41,708 bases of DNA from positions 1-41,708 of IMG/VR virus record IMGVR_UViG_3300037308_000090; one strand, 5' to 3'. The notes under the pieces were generated by a model that searched no databases, was not told where the DNA came from, and saw only the letters and a program-made list of their open reading frames with translations. Of the stretch, positions 1-6,920 are shown piece by piece. The position numbers and the translations under genes were made by a program. Source of the stretch: a virus (lineage: Duplodnaviria > Caudoviricetes). Each line of letters opens with the position of its first letter. Within the stretch, counting starts at the first letter, position 1.

Positions 1-127
1 GGGTGGGGTGGGGTGGTCAGGCTACGTGATAGGTTCCCAACCTTGGTACGTACAGTGAATAAATGAATTTGTCGGATAGAGTGTAAGACAGGTTAACAAT
101 CAAGTTAACCTGAAAACGGCCGAAAGG
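1..127. repeat. Terminal direct repeat, left copy (identical to 41582-41708)
   Basis: Exact 127-nt match between the two ends. The length equals a common assembler k-mer, so this most likely marks a circular assembly overlap. Confidence 0.95.
57..88 (+). promoter_or_regulatory. Putative early promoter element, copy 1
   Basis: GAATAAATGAATTTgTCGgATAGAgTGtAAGA closely matches 823-854. It has a -10-like TAGAGT at 77-82 and starts 85 nt before the ATG at 142. Confidence 0.55.
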
Positions 128-141
128 CCATGGAGACTCCA

Positions 142-300
142 ATGAAGATCGATGTTGAGAAGGCGCTGGCGGCGATGGAGAAGAACCGTGAGTACCACCG
201 GAAGTACTACGATACCCACAAGGAGGAGGTGAAGGAGTACCACCGGAAGTACAACAAGGCCCGCCGCGAGTTGGTGAAGCAGATCCTCAAGGCTAAGTAA
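142..300 (+). CDS. Small basic helical protein, 52 aa (paralog of 910-1107)
   Basis: Hand translation: MKIDVEKALAAMEKNREYHRKYYDTHKEEVKEYHRKYNKARRELVKQILKAK. GGAGA RBS upstream. Below the ORF-track cutoff but clearly homologous to 910-1107. Confidence 0.85.
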   Translation: MKIDVEKALAAMEKNREYHRKYYDTHKEEVKEYHRKYNKARRELVKQILKAK

Positions 301-370
301 GGCCGAAACGGAGGAGCGTGGTCCAACCCCACCTCCTCCGTCCACCGGTTAGGCCGGTGCTGACGAGGCC
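301..370 (+). ncRNA. Hammerhead ribozyme, type II (open stem II)
   Basis: GGCC-GAAA-CGGAGGAG...CTCCTCCG-TC^-CACCGG-ttagg-CCGGTG-CTGACGA-GGCC. It has an intact CUGANGA and GAAA core, a GUC cleavage triplet (340-342) and three perfectly paired stems. Confidence 0.9.
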
Positions 371-590
371 AAGAGAGTAGGCCGTTCGGGGCCGAGTAAC
401 AACCCGAATAGGTGTAAGGCAGAGTCTGCTCATATATATCCACCGAGCCTCCTCAACGGACGCCTCACCGTGGCAGTGTGGGTGGAGGCACTCAAGGTGG
501 AGGCATGCATTGGTGTGAGCCCAAGGCGCCACGTTTGTTGGTGTACCTCCGAAGAGGCACCGAAGCTCAACCGAATCGAGGCAATGTCGT
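371..590 (+). ncRNA. Candidate structured RNA downstream of the hammerhead
   Basis: No + strand ORF in the track. Pairings: TTCGGG(385-390)/CCCGAA(403-408), CCACC-GAG-CCTCC(430-442)/GGAGG-CTC-GGTGG(484-500), and a GGTG..CCTC-CGAA-GAGG-CACC hairpin (540-561). Confidence 0.35.
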
Positions 591-797
591 CAAATGAAAT
601 GATGAAATTAAGTCCGCACATCCTTGAGATATATGTGATTTGGTAAGTTGGTAATGTAGAAGGTATTCGATATTAGTATATTATAATATATTATTATATT
701 ATATTATTATTTATTATTATTATAATACTTCCGTTCCCTTTACCTAATCTATCTATTATATAGGGTAGAGCGTCATTGATTTCATCATTTCATTTGA
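590..797. other. Putative replication origin or regulatory hub: 19-bp inverted repeat flanking an AT-rich tract
   Basis: TCAAATGAAATGATGAAAT (590-608) has its exact reverse complement at 779-797. Bases 670-727 are almost purely A/T in an otherwise GC-balanced genome. Confidence 0.55.
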
Positions 798-822
798 AGC
801 AACGTTCGTTGATCCGCGATTC

Positions 823-854
823 GAATAAATGAATTTTTCGTATAGATTGAAAGA
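823..854 (+). promoter_or_regulatory. Putative early promoter element, copy 2
   Basis: Near-copy of 57-88 with -10-like TAGATT. It starts 87 nt before the ATG at 910. Confidence 0.55.
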
Positions 855-909
855 GAGAGCAGAGGAAGGGGGACAACCACAACAGGCGCAGAAGCGCCAG
901 GAGGCCGAG

Positions 910-1107
910 ATGAAGATCGATGTCGAGAAAGCGATGCAGGCGATGGAGCGGCAGCGGGAATACCGCAAGGAGTACTACGAGAAGAACAAGGACAAAGTCC
1001 GCAACTACCACAAAGAGTACAACAAGGCGCGCCGAGCCATCATCAAGCAGGCTCTCCGGGCCCACATCCTCCAGCAGAACGAGTTAACCGAAGGCGCGGT
1101 GGCGTAA
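910..1107 (+). CDS. Small basic helical protein, 65 aa (paralog of 142-300)
   Basis: AGGAGG RBS before ATG 910; MKIDVEKAMQAMERQREYRKEYYEKNKDKVRNYHKEYNKARR. Confidence 0.85.
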   Translation: MKIDVEKAMQAMERQREYRKEYYEKNKDKVRNYHKEYNKARRAIIKQALRAHILQQNELTEGAVA

Positions 1108-1159
1108 GGGACCCAAGGAAAGCAATGACGTCACCGTCAACATCAACGACGTTCTCACA

Positions 1160-1202
1160 ACGAATAGCGAAAGGGGCAACCACCGCTCCTTTCGCTACTC
1201 GT
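1160..1202 (+). other. Long stem-loop (possible terminator or processing site)
   Basis: ACGAATAGCGAAAGGGG / CTCCTTTCGCTACTCGT inverted repeat in the intergenic region after the second paralog. Confidence 0.5.
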
Positions 1203-1219
1203 ATTTGGGGGGGGAATCC

Positions 1220-1450
1220 ATGTCCGAGCCAACCAGGAAGTCTGATTCTATTGAAAAGCTTCTCAGCTTCCTTTCTGGGGACTCTAGGGAGGAAGCAATC
1301 ACCTCGGATCGTTGTGTTGCTCCGCCGATTGGTTGTGGCCAACCTTGCCCACCTAACAGTTTCCGAGACGACCTCTCTCGACGAGAGTTCCTCATTTCTG
1401 GCCTCTACCAGAAGTGTCAGGACTCCTTTTTCAAGGAGCCATCGAAATGA
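1220..1450 (+). CDS. Hypothetical protein with Cys pairs (possible Zn-binding)
   Basis: ORF containing CVAPPIGCGQPC and QKCQDSFF. Start chosen at MSEPT. Confidence 0.65.
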   Translation: MSEPTRKSDSIEKLLSFLSGDSREEAITSDRCVAPPIGCGQPCPPNSFRDDLSRREFLISGLYQKCQDSFFKEPSK

Positions 1451-1623
1451 TGCCAGCCATCAAGGTTCGCACCTTCGACTTCAAGACACACACTCCCATC
1501 GATCCACCCGAGGTCTTCCTCGACGACAAATGGGAAGCCGTTCCCCTAGATACGTTCAACGAGATCCTCAACATGGGTTACCTCATCCACTGGAATCCAA
1601 TCGAGGAGGCACACAATGTCTGA
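1447..1623 (+). CDS. Hypothetical protein
   Basis: AAGGAG RBS, ATGA overlap with the previous gene. Confidence 0.6.
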   Translation: MMPAIKVRTFDFKTHTPIDPPEVFLDDKWEAVPLDTFNEILNMGYLIHWNPIEEAHNV

Positions 1624-1849
1624 CACAAACGAGACCTTCCGACAACTTAAGGAGCTTGCCGGGCCTCGAGTTAAGGAACTCACAGATTTTATAGCCAACA
1701 AGGGTTGGGTCAGTAGTCCTCGAGAAATCGCGATCACAGGACTTGCCGTCTCCGTCGTCTACCAAGGTGTTATTGATGTTTCGAAGGCCATCGCTCTCGC
1801 TCGGATTGTTGAGAAGTTGAACGGGGGTACGAAGCCGAGCGACAACTAG
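1616..1849 (+). CDS. Hypothetical protein
   Basis: GAGGAGG RBS, tightly packed + strand gene. Confidence 0.65.
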   Translation: MSDTNETFRQLKELAGPRVKELTDFIANKGWVSSPREIAITGLAVSVVYQGVIDVSKAIALARIVEKLNGGTKPSDN

Positions 1850-1864
1850 AAGGGAGGTGAGAAC

Positions 1865-2038
1865 ATGGAGAAACCACCCCAATACATCATCGAGTCGAAG
1901 CTCATCATCGATGTTCAGGGACCCGAATCCGAGACCAAGCAGTTTGTGGACAACATCCTCCGCGCAATCCGTCTCTTCCGGATGCGCCACTTCGAGAACC
2001 CCGAAGTCAAGGTAAACTACCGCCTTACGGAGAAGTAG
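1865..2038 (+). CDS. Hypothetical protein, 57 aa
   Basis: GGAGGTGA RBS; hand translation MEKPPQYIIESKLIIDVQG...YRLTEK. Confidence 0.65.
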   Translation: MEKPPQYIIESKLIIDVQGPESETKQFVDNILRAIRLFRMRHFENPEVKVNYRLTEK

Positions 2039-2040
2039 AG

Positions 2041-2313
2041 ATGAAGATCGCAACGTACACCGTTAAAGTCGCCATTCGAGATGACGACTACGACAGTATG
2101 TGTGAGATCCAGAGCGACATCAGTTCTCGACTCCATTTCTTGGGCCACCCATCACATAAAATCACAATACACATGTCCAAGATCGATTACCCGGATCCTC
2201 TTCAGTACCCAGACGACGCCGAGGTGATGTCTAAGCTCCCGGCGAATTACGAAGAGCAGATGACAGAGGAACGGAATCGGTGGGAGATCCGAGCCAATGA
2301 AGAAATGGGGTAA
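2041..2313 (+). CDS. Hypothetical acidic protein
   Basis: 90-aa ORF directly following the previous stop codon. Confidence 0.65.
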   Translation: MKIATYTVKVAIRDDDYDSMCEIQSDISSRLHFLGHPSHKITIHMSKIDYPDPLQYPDDAEVMSKLPANYEEQMTEERNRWEIRANEEMG

Positions 2314-2449
2314 GTTCCTGATCCTAACAACATTCTTGGTCCTCTGTACGTCGCACACGTTGATTAAGCCAAACGGTCGAGTCATAGTGTGTCACACCTG
2401 CTGTGACAGGATAACCTGTTGGACAGTCTGTAACTAAGGAGGTGAGAAC

Positions 2450-2590
2450 ATGGTTAAACCTTTGCGGGAGCTCGGCACTTTGGATGGGTTCTACGTCTTC
2501 CAAGCGATCCGAGCAAAGGCTCACGCACCCAAGCTACCTTGGTGGCAACGTGCGTTCAGCTACCTCGTGTTTGACATCCTCGGATTCTAG
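2450..2590 (+). CDS. Hypothetical protein, 46 aa
   Basis: TAAGGAGGTGA RBS; hand translation MVKPLRELGTLDGFYVFQ...FDILGF. Confidence 0.6.
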   Translation: MVKPLRELGTLDGFYVFQAIRAKAHAPKLPWWQRAFSYLVFDILGF

Positions 2591-2603
2591 AAGGAGGCTC
2601 ACC

Positions 2604-2783
2604 GTGCGAAGCGCCTGGACACTCGATGACATCATCCTTTTTGTGATGTTGGTTGGGGTCCTCTGGTTCCTTCTCGCAGGCTGCGCTAGCACTCCACCCA
2701 ACTGGAACGACCCAACCAAGTGGGAGTTCTGGCTCATCGAGGGAGTGATCGACGGAGCTTGTATAGCAGTGGGGTGCTTTTGA
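2604..2783 (+). CDS. Small putative lipoprotein
   Basis: AAGGAGG RBS and GTG start; hydrophobic stretch ending in lipobox LAG-C (LLAGCASTPP). Confidence 0.6.
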   Translation: MRSAWTLDDIILFVMLVGVLWFLLAGCASTPPNWNDPTKWEFWLIEGVIDGACIAVGCF

Positions 2784-2972
2784 ATGGCGAGTGCAAGCAA
2801 GGCGCGTCAACCCGTTCAACGAGCTGACGCCAAGGTTGTTGTGCATTGGCACAAGTGCTGCTGTTGTGACAACCAGTACATATGTCAAGACCCAAAATGC
2901 CTCAAGGCTGATGACGAAGAGGGGCTGTGCCCCAGCTGCGAGGCCGAAACGGAGCAACGAAGTAGGGCTTAA
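2784..2972 (+). CDS. Small Cys-rich, zinc-finger-like protein
   Basis: KCCCC...CQDPKC...CPSC; fills the gap between neighbouring genes. Confidence 0.5.
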   Translation: MASASKARQPVQRADAKVVVHWHKCCCCDNQYICQDPKCLKADDEEGLCPSCEAETEQRSRA

Positions 2973-2982
2973 GGAGGTTGAG

Positions 2983-3150
2983 ATGGATATCCGTATGAAA
3001 CTCGTATTCGAGCGCGAGACCAAGGGCAGCGTTCTGTTCAAGTCCACCAACTACCAAGAAGTGATCCAGAACATCTACATCAAGAAGTCGGCATTCCCCA
3101 GTGGGAAGTGGCCGCAGGAGATCGCGCTCCGGGTGGACTACAATGGATAG
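2983..3150 (+). CDS. Hypothetical protein
   Basis: TAAGGAGG RBS; MDIRMKLVFERETKGSVLFK...IYIKKSAF. Confidence 0.7.
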   Translation: MDIRMKLVFERETKGSVLFKSTNYQEVIQNIYIKKSAFPSGKWPQEIALRVDYNG

Positions 3151-3349
3151 CGAGACGAAGGACCACCTCGAAGTAGGGTTTGATGAGGCCAACCCCCTAG
3201 ACGCCAAGCGTTGGGTCAACAAGATGGGGGACCTCCTAGGTTGGCTCAGCCTCGCACGTCTCATTCGGACTACGTTGAAGGCTCGGGAGCGCCAAGCTGA
3301 GCTGAACAAACTGGGTCGGCAACTGCTTCGTCAGCAAGGCCCAAAGTAG
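3143..3349 (+). CDS. Hypothetical protein
   Basis: Overlapping start MDSETKDH, packed in the operon. Confidence 0.55.
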   Translation: MDSETKDHLEVGFDEANPLDAKRWVNKMGDLLGWLSLARLIRTTLKARERQAELNKLGRQLLRQQGPK

Positions 3350-3366
3350 GGCTCATGTGGCCTCCC

Positions 3367-3409
3367 CAAATGAATGGTTGATTTTCTTGCTACCAGGACC
3401 TATATTATT
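3367..3409 (+). promoter_or_regulatory. Sigma70-type promoter with upstream CAAATGAA box
   Basis: TTGATT (3378-3383)-N17-TATATT (3401-3406); near-copy of the - strand promoter at 41430-41472. Confidence 0.7.
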
Positions 3410-3452
3410 TCTTTAAGCTTCTGGTAGAAAGAATCACGGGGGAGGAGTCATA

Positions 3453-4055
3453 ATGACGAGAACCCAACAGTTAGCCCTAAGTTTGAAGGGCCAGGTAGTC
3501 GAGGACTACGGCTACCGTGGTGTGGTGTGGGTACAAGACCAACAGGTTCATCTTCGATACCATATCACGTATGGTGTGCACGAAGTTCGCAAGGCTGGGA
3601 ACAGCTGGCAATCAGTTCGACCCCTCATGACTTCTGACGAACTGAAGATGTTCCTCATCGAATCGGGGACCGAGAGGGCCGTCGAGCAATTCAACCCACT
3701 CGATCGTTTGTGTGCCTTGCTGGGTGGAGAGCTCGTACAGCGTTTCTCGTCTGGAGGTGGAGTTTTGGCGCTGGGAGAACACAGAATCCGTGTCTCCCCA
3801 ATCACTGGGCTTAGCCTGGTGGAGAAATCTTTAACGAAGTGGAGGGAGGTGGCCAAGCTTCTTGGGATGAAGGAGCTGTACGAGACGTTGTCTTTGGACA
3901 ATGACAGGGCCCTCAACCGTATCAAGGAGGTCATTCATCATGGAGCAGACAGTCTCAACAGAGTACAAGCCGACGCAGGAGGAAGTGCAGAAGGTTCTGG
4001 CCCGGATCAAGCAGCAGAGGGAGCGCCAGAAGAACTACCAAGCCAAGCTCGTTGA
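3453..4055 (+). CDS. Hypothetical protein
   Basis: GGAGGAG RBS; 200-aa ORF whose 3' end overlaps the next gene. Confidence 0.65.
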   Translation: MTRTQQLALSLKGQVVEDYGYRGVVWVQDQQVHLRYHITYGVHEVRKAGNSWQSVRPLMTSDELKMFLIESGTERAVEQFNPLDRLCALLGGELVQRFSSGGGVLALGEHRIRVSPITGLSLVEKSLTKWREVAKLLGMKELYETLSLDNDRALNRIKEVIHHGADSLNRVQADAGGSAEGSGPDQAAEGAPEELPSQAR

Positions 4056-4305
4056 GAAGATGGAGGTCGACCCCGAGTTCAAGGACAAAGTCATCTCCCA
4101 ACGCAAGGCGTACAACACCAGCGAGAAGGCGGTGGAACGTCGGAAGGAGTACTACGCCAAGAACAAGGAGAAGATGCTGGAGTACCGGAAGGTCTACCAG
4201 CAGAAGCAGCGGGCCGTCATGGCTCAGATCCGCGAGCAGGCCAAGGCCGCTGGCATGACCATCGATCAGTTCCTCGAGGCTCAGTTGGCTGGGCAGACCG
4301 CCTAG
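3940..4305 (+). CDS. Basic coiled-coil protein (distant relative of 142-300 and 910-1107)
   Basis: AAGGAGG RBS; RRKEYYAKNKEKMLEYRKVY resembles RKEYYEKNKDKVRNYHKEY. Confidence 0.8.
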   Translation: MEQTVSTEYKPTQEEVQKVLARIKQQRERQKNYQAKLVEKMEVDPEFKDKVISQRKAYNTSEKAVERRKEYYAKNKEKMLEYRKVYQQKQRAVMAQIREQAKAAGMTIDQFLEAQLAGQTA

Positions 4306-4307
4306 CT

Positions 4308-4349
4308 AAAAGGGAGAGGTCCCGGAAGGGGCCTTTCCTTTTGCTTTTG
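4308..4349 (+). terminator. Rho-independent terminator
   Basis: AAAAGGGAGAGGTCCC-GGAA-GGGGCCTTTCCTTTT hairpin followed by a T-rich tail. Confidence 0.8.
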
Positions 4350-4390
4350 GGTGGTACCTTGCATTCAACTTTTCAATCTGGGAGAGTCCT

Positions 4391-4579
4391 ATGGAAAACG
4401 AAGGTCAGGAATTTACTCCTCTTCTGTGCACTCGGTGCAAGCGCACCATTGATGAAGGTGACGAAGCCGTTCAGGTAATCAAGGGGAACTTCAACCCTGA
4501 ACTGGGAGAGGTGGAGCCCGACGAATGGCTCGCAACGTTCCACGTTGAGTGCTTCGACACCGAGCGTCAGCTCAGCTAG
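4391..4579 (+). CDS. Small zinc-binding-like protein
   Basis: CTRC...FHVEC motif; GGGAGA RBS. Confidence 0.65.
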   Translation: MENEGQEFTPLLCTRCKRTIDEGDEAVQVIKGNFNPELGEVEPDEWLATFHVECFDTERQLS

Positions 4580-4641
4580 GGGACCCTGTTGATAGGAGAG
4601 CGGACGGTGGTTGCTCGTCCGCTCTCCTATAAGGAGTTTTG

Positions 4642-5085
4642 ATGGACATAATTGATCACCCAGCCCATTACACCAAAGGTGGCATCGAGACCATCGATTT
4701 TATCGAGGCCAAAAAACTGGGCTTCCACCTTGGCAACGTCGTGAAGTACGTTACACGTTGTGCTTTGAAGGGTGGTATAGAAGACCTGCTCAAGGCCCAA
4801 TGGTACCTCAACCGATACATTAAGTTGAAGATGAAGGAGGAGCAAAATGCCGAGCAAGGGAACATTGGTCCTGCTCAGCGGGGGCATGGACTCTGTAACT
4901 GCGTTCCACTTCGCACTCCAGGAACACTCACCAGTGAAGCTTTGCCTCGGATTCCAGTACGGTCAGGTACATGCGAAGGAGCTGGTGGCTGCTCAGAGAG
5001 TAGCTTGGGGGAAGAACATCGAGTACCGACCGATTCGTCTCCACGGGTTGGGGGGACTCTCACCTTTGACGATGTCCCCTTCTGA
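4642..5085 (+). CDS. DUF3310 family protein (T7 gp1.7 nucleotide-kinase-like domain)
   Basis: HPAHY..GGIETIDFI...GNVVKYVTR...KGGIEDLLKAQWYL signature in the first ~60 aa; TAAGGAG RBS. The C-terminal tail overlaps queC. Confidence 0.8.
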   Translation: MDIIDHPAHYTKGGIETIDFIEAKKLGFHLGNVVKYVTRCALKGGIEDLLKAQWYLNRYIKLKMKEEQNAEQGNIGPAQRGHGLCNCVPLRTPGTLTSEALPRIPVRSGTCEGAGGCSESSLGEEHRVPTDSSPRVGGTLTFDDVPF

Positions 5086-5497
5086 CATCCCAGCTCACGA
5101 ACCGGAACACGAGATCGCGTTGACGTACGTCCCAGGGCGCAACATCATTATGTTGGCCTACGCTGGAGGTCTCTGCGACTCCTACGGATGGGACAAGATT
5201 GTGGGTGGCTGGAACGCGGTCGACTACGGTGGTTACCCAGACTGCCGTGGCCCCTTTCTCAACGCAATGGAGCACGCTCTGTGTCAAGGTCTTCGCTCCA
5301 AGCTCCTCATCATCGCTCCCCTCCTCTACAAAACCAAGGCTGAAATCGTTAAGATGGGCGAGGCCCTCAGAGTTCCCTGGGCCGAGACCTGGTCTTGCTA
5401 TCGAGGTGGTGAGCGGCCATGTGGGCAGTGCAATTCCTGCTTGGTTCGAGCCAAAGGCTTCGCGGAGGCAGGGGTAATCGACCCCCTGGTGGGTTGA
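4847..5497 (+). CDS. queC: 7-cyano-7-deazaguanine synthase
   Basis: SGGMDS PP-loop, YGQ, YVPGRN, GYPDCR, TWSCY..G..PCGQCNSCLVR. Confidence 0.95.
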   Translation: MPSKGTLVLLSGGMDSVTAFHFALQEHSPVKLCLGFQYGQVHAKELVAAQRVAWGKNIEYRPIRLHGLGGLSPLTMSPSDIPAHEPEHEIALTYVPGRNIIMLAYAGGLCDSYGWDKIVGGWNAVDYGGYPDCRGPFLNAMEHALCQGLRSKLLIIAPLLYKTKAEIVKMGEALRVPWAETWSCYRGGERPCGQCNSCLVRAKGFAEAGVIDPLVG

Positions 5498-5697
5498 TGG
5501 AATTCAAACACGAAGGAGACAGGATCCAAGTGGAAATGACGTTGATGGAGGCCGAGACTTTGTACGACGACCTTCGGAACGCTCACTTTGCTCAACTCGA
5601 CCTTGGTCCTGTTTCCCGATACATTGCGGGTCAGATTCACCAAATTCTGAACCCGGAGGAGGTTGATAGTGATCCCACTGGACAACTCAGCAATTAG
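5497..5697 (+). CDS. Hypothetical protein
   Basis: TGATG coupling to queC; MEFKHEGDRIQVEM. Confidence 0.6.
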   Translation: MEFKHEGDRIQVEMTLMEAETLYDDLRNAHFAQLDLGPVSRYIAGQIHQILNPEEVDSDPTGQLSN

Positions 5698-6586
5698 CCT
5701 CTATCACGCGTGCCATCGCAAGTACTACTGGCACTACCGGCGCCAACTCGTTCCAATTGGGACGCCAGATCCCCTTATCCGTGGGGACTTGCTCCACACT
5801 GGTATCGCTACTTGGTATCGAACTTGGGATCGGGCCTTGGCGTACAACACTGCGGTGGACAAGCTTCAGAAGTACCGCCTCCTGCCCGATGAGGAAGAGT
5901 TTCATAGACTCCTCTTCAAGTATGTTATGGACGGCTACGTTACCAAGTACCCATCCGAACCTGATTGGGACATCCTCTTTATCGAGGTACCTCTAGCACA
6001 TCGGTTGAGTTTGTGTCAAAAATGGCACATCGGTGTCGCGGACGTCGTCGTTCGGATGCATGGTGGGATCTGGTTGGTTGAAACCAAACACTCAACCATG
6101 ATTCCATCGGATTGGGAGAAAAAGTATGAACTCGACAACCAAACCTTGGGATACTGCTGGCATCTACGTCGCGCTGGCATTCCTGTTGTCGGGGTCATGC
6201 TCAACTTTATCCGCTATCCAGATGGTCGCAAGACGAAGTACCCTGAGTTCCTTCGCTCTACCTACGAGGTCAAGGACCACCTTCTCCTCGAGTGGGAAGA
6301 GGAGCAAGAGGTCGTCATGGAGGAGATCACCGGGAAATGGGAACAAGCCGTAGCTGCTTGGCCGAAGAATACCAAGGCCTGCTTCGATTGGAACCGTTCC
6401 TGTGAGTACCTTCAGGTGTGCAAGGGGTCGATCTCCCCAGCCGAGGTCGAGAAATCGTTCGTTCACCGAAGTGAAGAGAGGGAGGTGACGATTCTTAGTG
6501 AAGCTATTACCTTCAACACTCAGCTACATGATCATGATCTCCCTAAAGGAATCTCCACGGGAGACGGGAGCAGTCCTACTTCGTAA
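5663..6586 (+). CDS. PD-(D/E)XK exonuclease, Cas4/AddB-like with probable Fe-S cluster
   Basis: N-terminal CHRKYYW, G...H, E...ADVVV...LVETK, Q..GY, and C-terminal C....CEY..VC. Confidence 0.85.
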   Translation: MIVIPLDNSAISLYHACHRKYYWHYRRQLVPIGTPDPLIRGDLLHTGIATWYRTWDRALAYNTAVDKLQKYRLLPDEEEFHRLLFKYVMDGYVTKYPSEPDWDILFIEVPLAHRLSLCQKWHIGVADVVVRMHGGIWLVETKHSTMIPSDWEKKYELDNQTLGYCWHLRRAGIPVVGVMLNFIRYPDGRKTKYPEFLRSTYEVKDHLLLEWEEEQEVVMEEITGKWEQAVAAWPKNTKACFDWNRSCEYLQVCKGSISPAEVEKSFVHRSEEREVTILSEAITFNTQLHDHDLPKGISTGDGSSPTS

Positions 6587-6920
6587 GCGAGATGAGCTTA
6601 CGAACTTGGCTGCTGAGCATGTATTCACCTTGAGGAACGTTGCCGAGCGCCCTGAGATAGAGTTTATAGCTAGCGTGCAGGATCAGATGGCGCTCAACAC
6701 CTTTCTGGAGAAGGGGTGGGAACTCTTTGGGCTCTTCCACTCTCACCCCAAAACGGACCCGACTCCATCGGAGACGGACGTCCTGTTCTACTACTATAGT
6801 GAAGTGCCCATGGTCATTGTTAGTGTAAAGAAAGGGGGTTTGGGTTGGACGGTGGAAGTACGTGCTTGGATGGTCGATGGGGAATCCATCAGAGAGGAGG
6901 TGATCGAGTATGAGAATTAG
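6498..6920 (+). CDS. JAB/MPN+ (Mov34) metalloprotease
   Basis: ETGAVLL...FHSHPKTDPTPSETD matches the JAMM motif E-xn-HxH-x7-S-x2-D. Confidence 0.85.
   Translation: MKLLPSTLSYMIMISLKESPRETGAVLLRKRDELTNLAAEHVFTLRNVAERPEIEFIASVQDQMALNTFLEKGWELFGLFHSHPKTDPTPSETDVLFYYYSEVPMVIVSVKKGGLGWTVEVRAWMVDGESIREEVIEYEN

Noticed and set aside
110-130. CTGAAAA...GGCCGAAAGGCC as a ribozyme core
   Set aside because: CTGAAAA does not fit CUGANGA; this is just a GNRA-capped hairpin in the 5' leader.
2908-2955. Second hammerhead-like core (CTGATGA...CGAAAC)
   Set aside because: Stem II would open with a C-C mismatch, I found no matching stem I/III with a cleavage triplet, and it lies within a plausible Cys-rich ORF.
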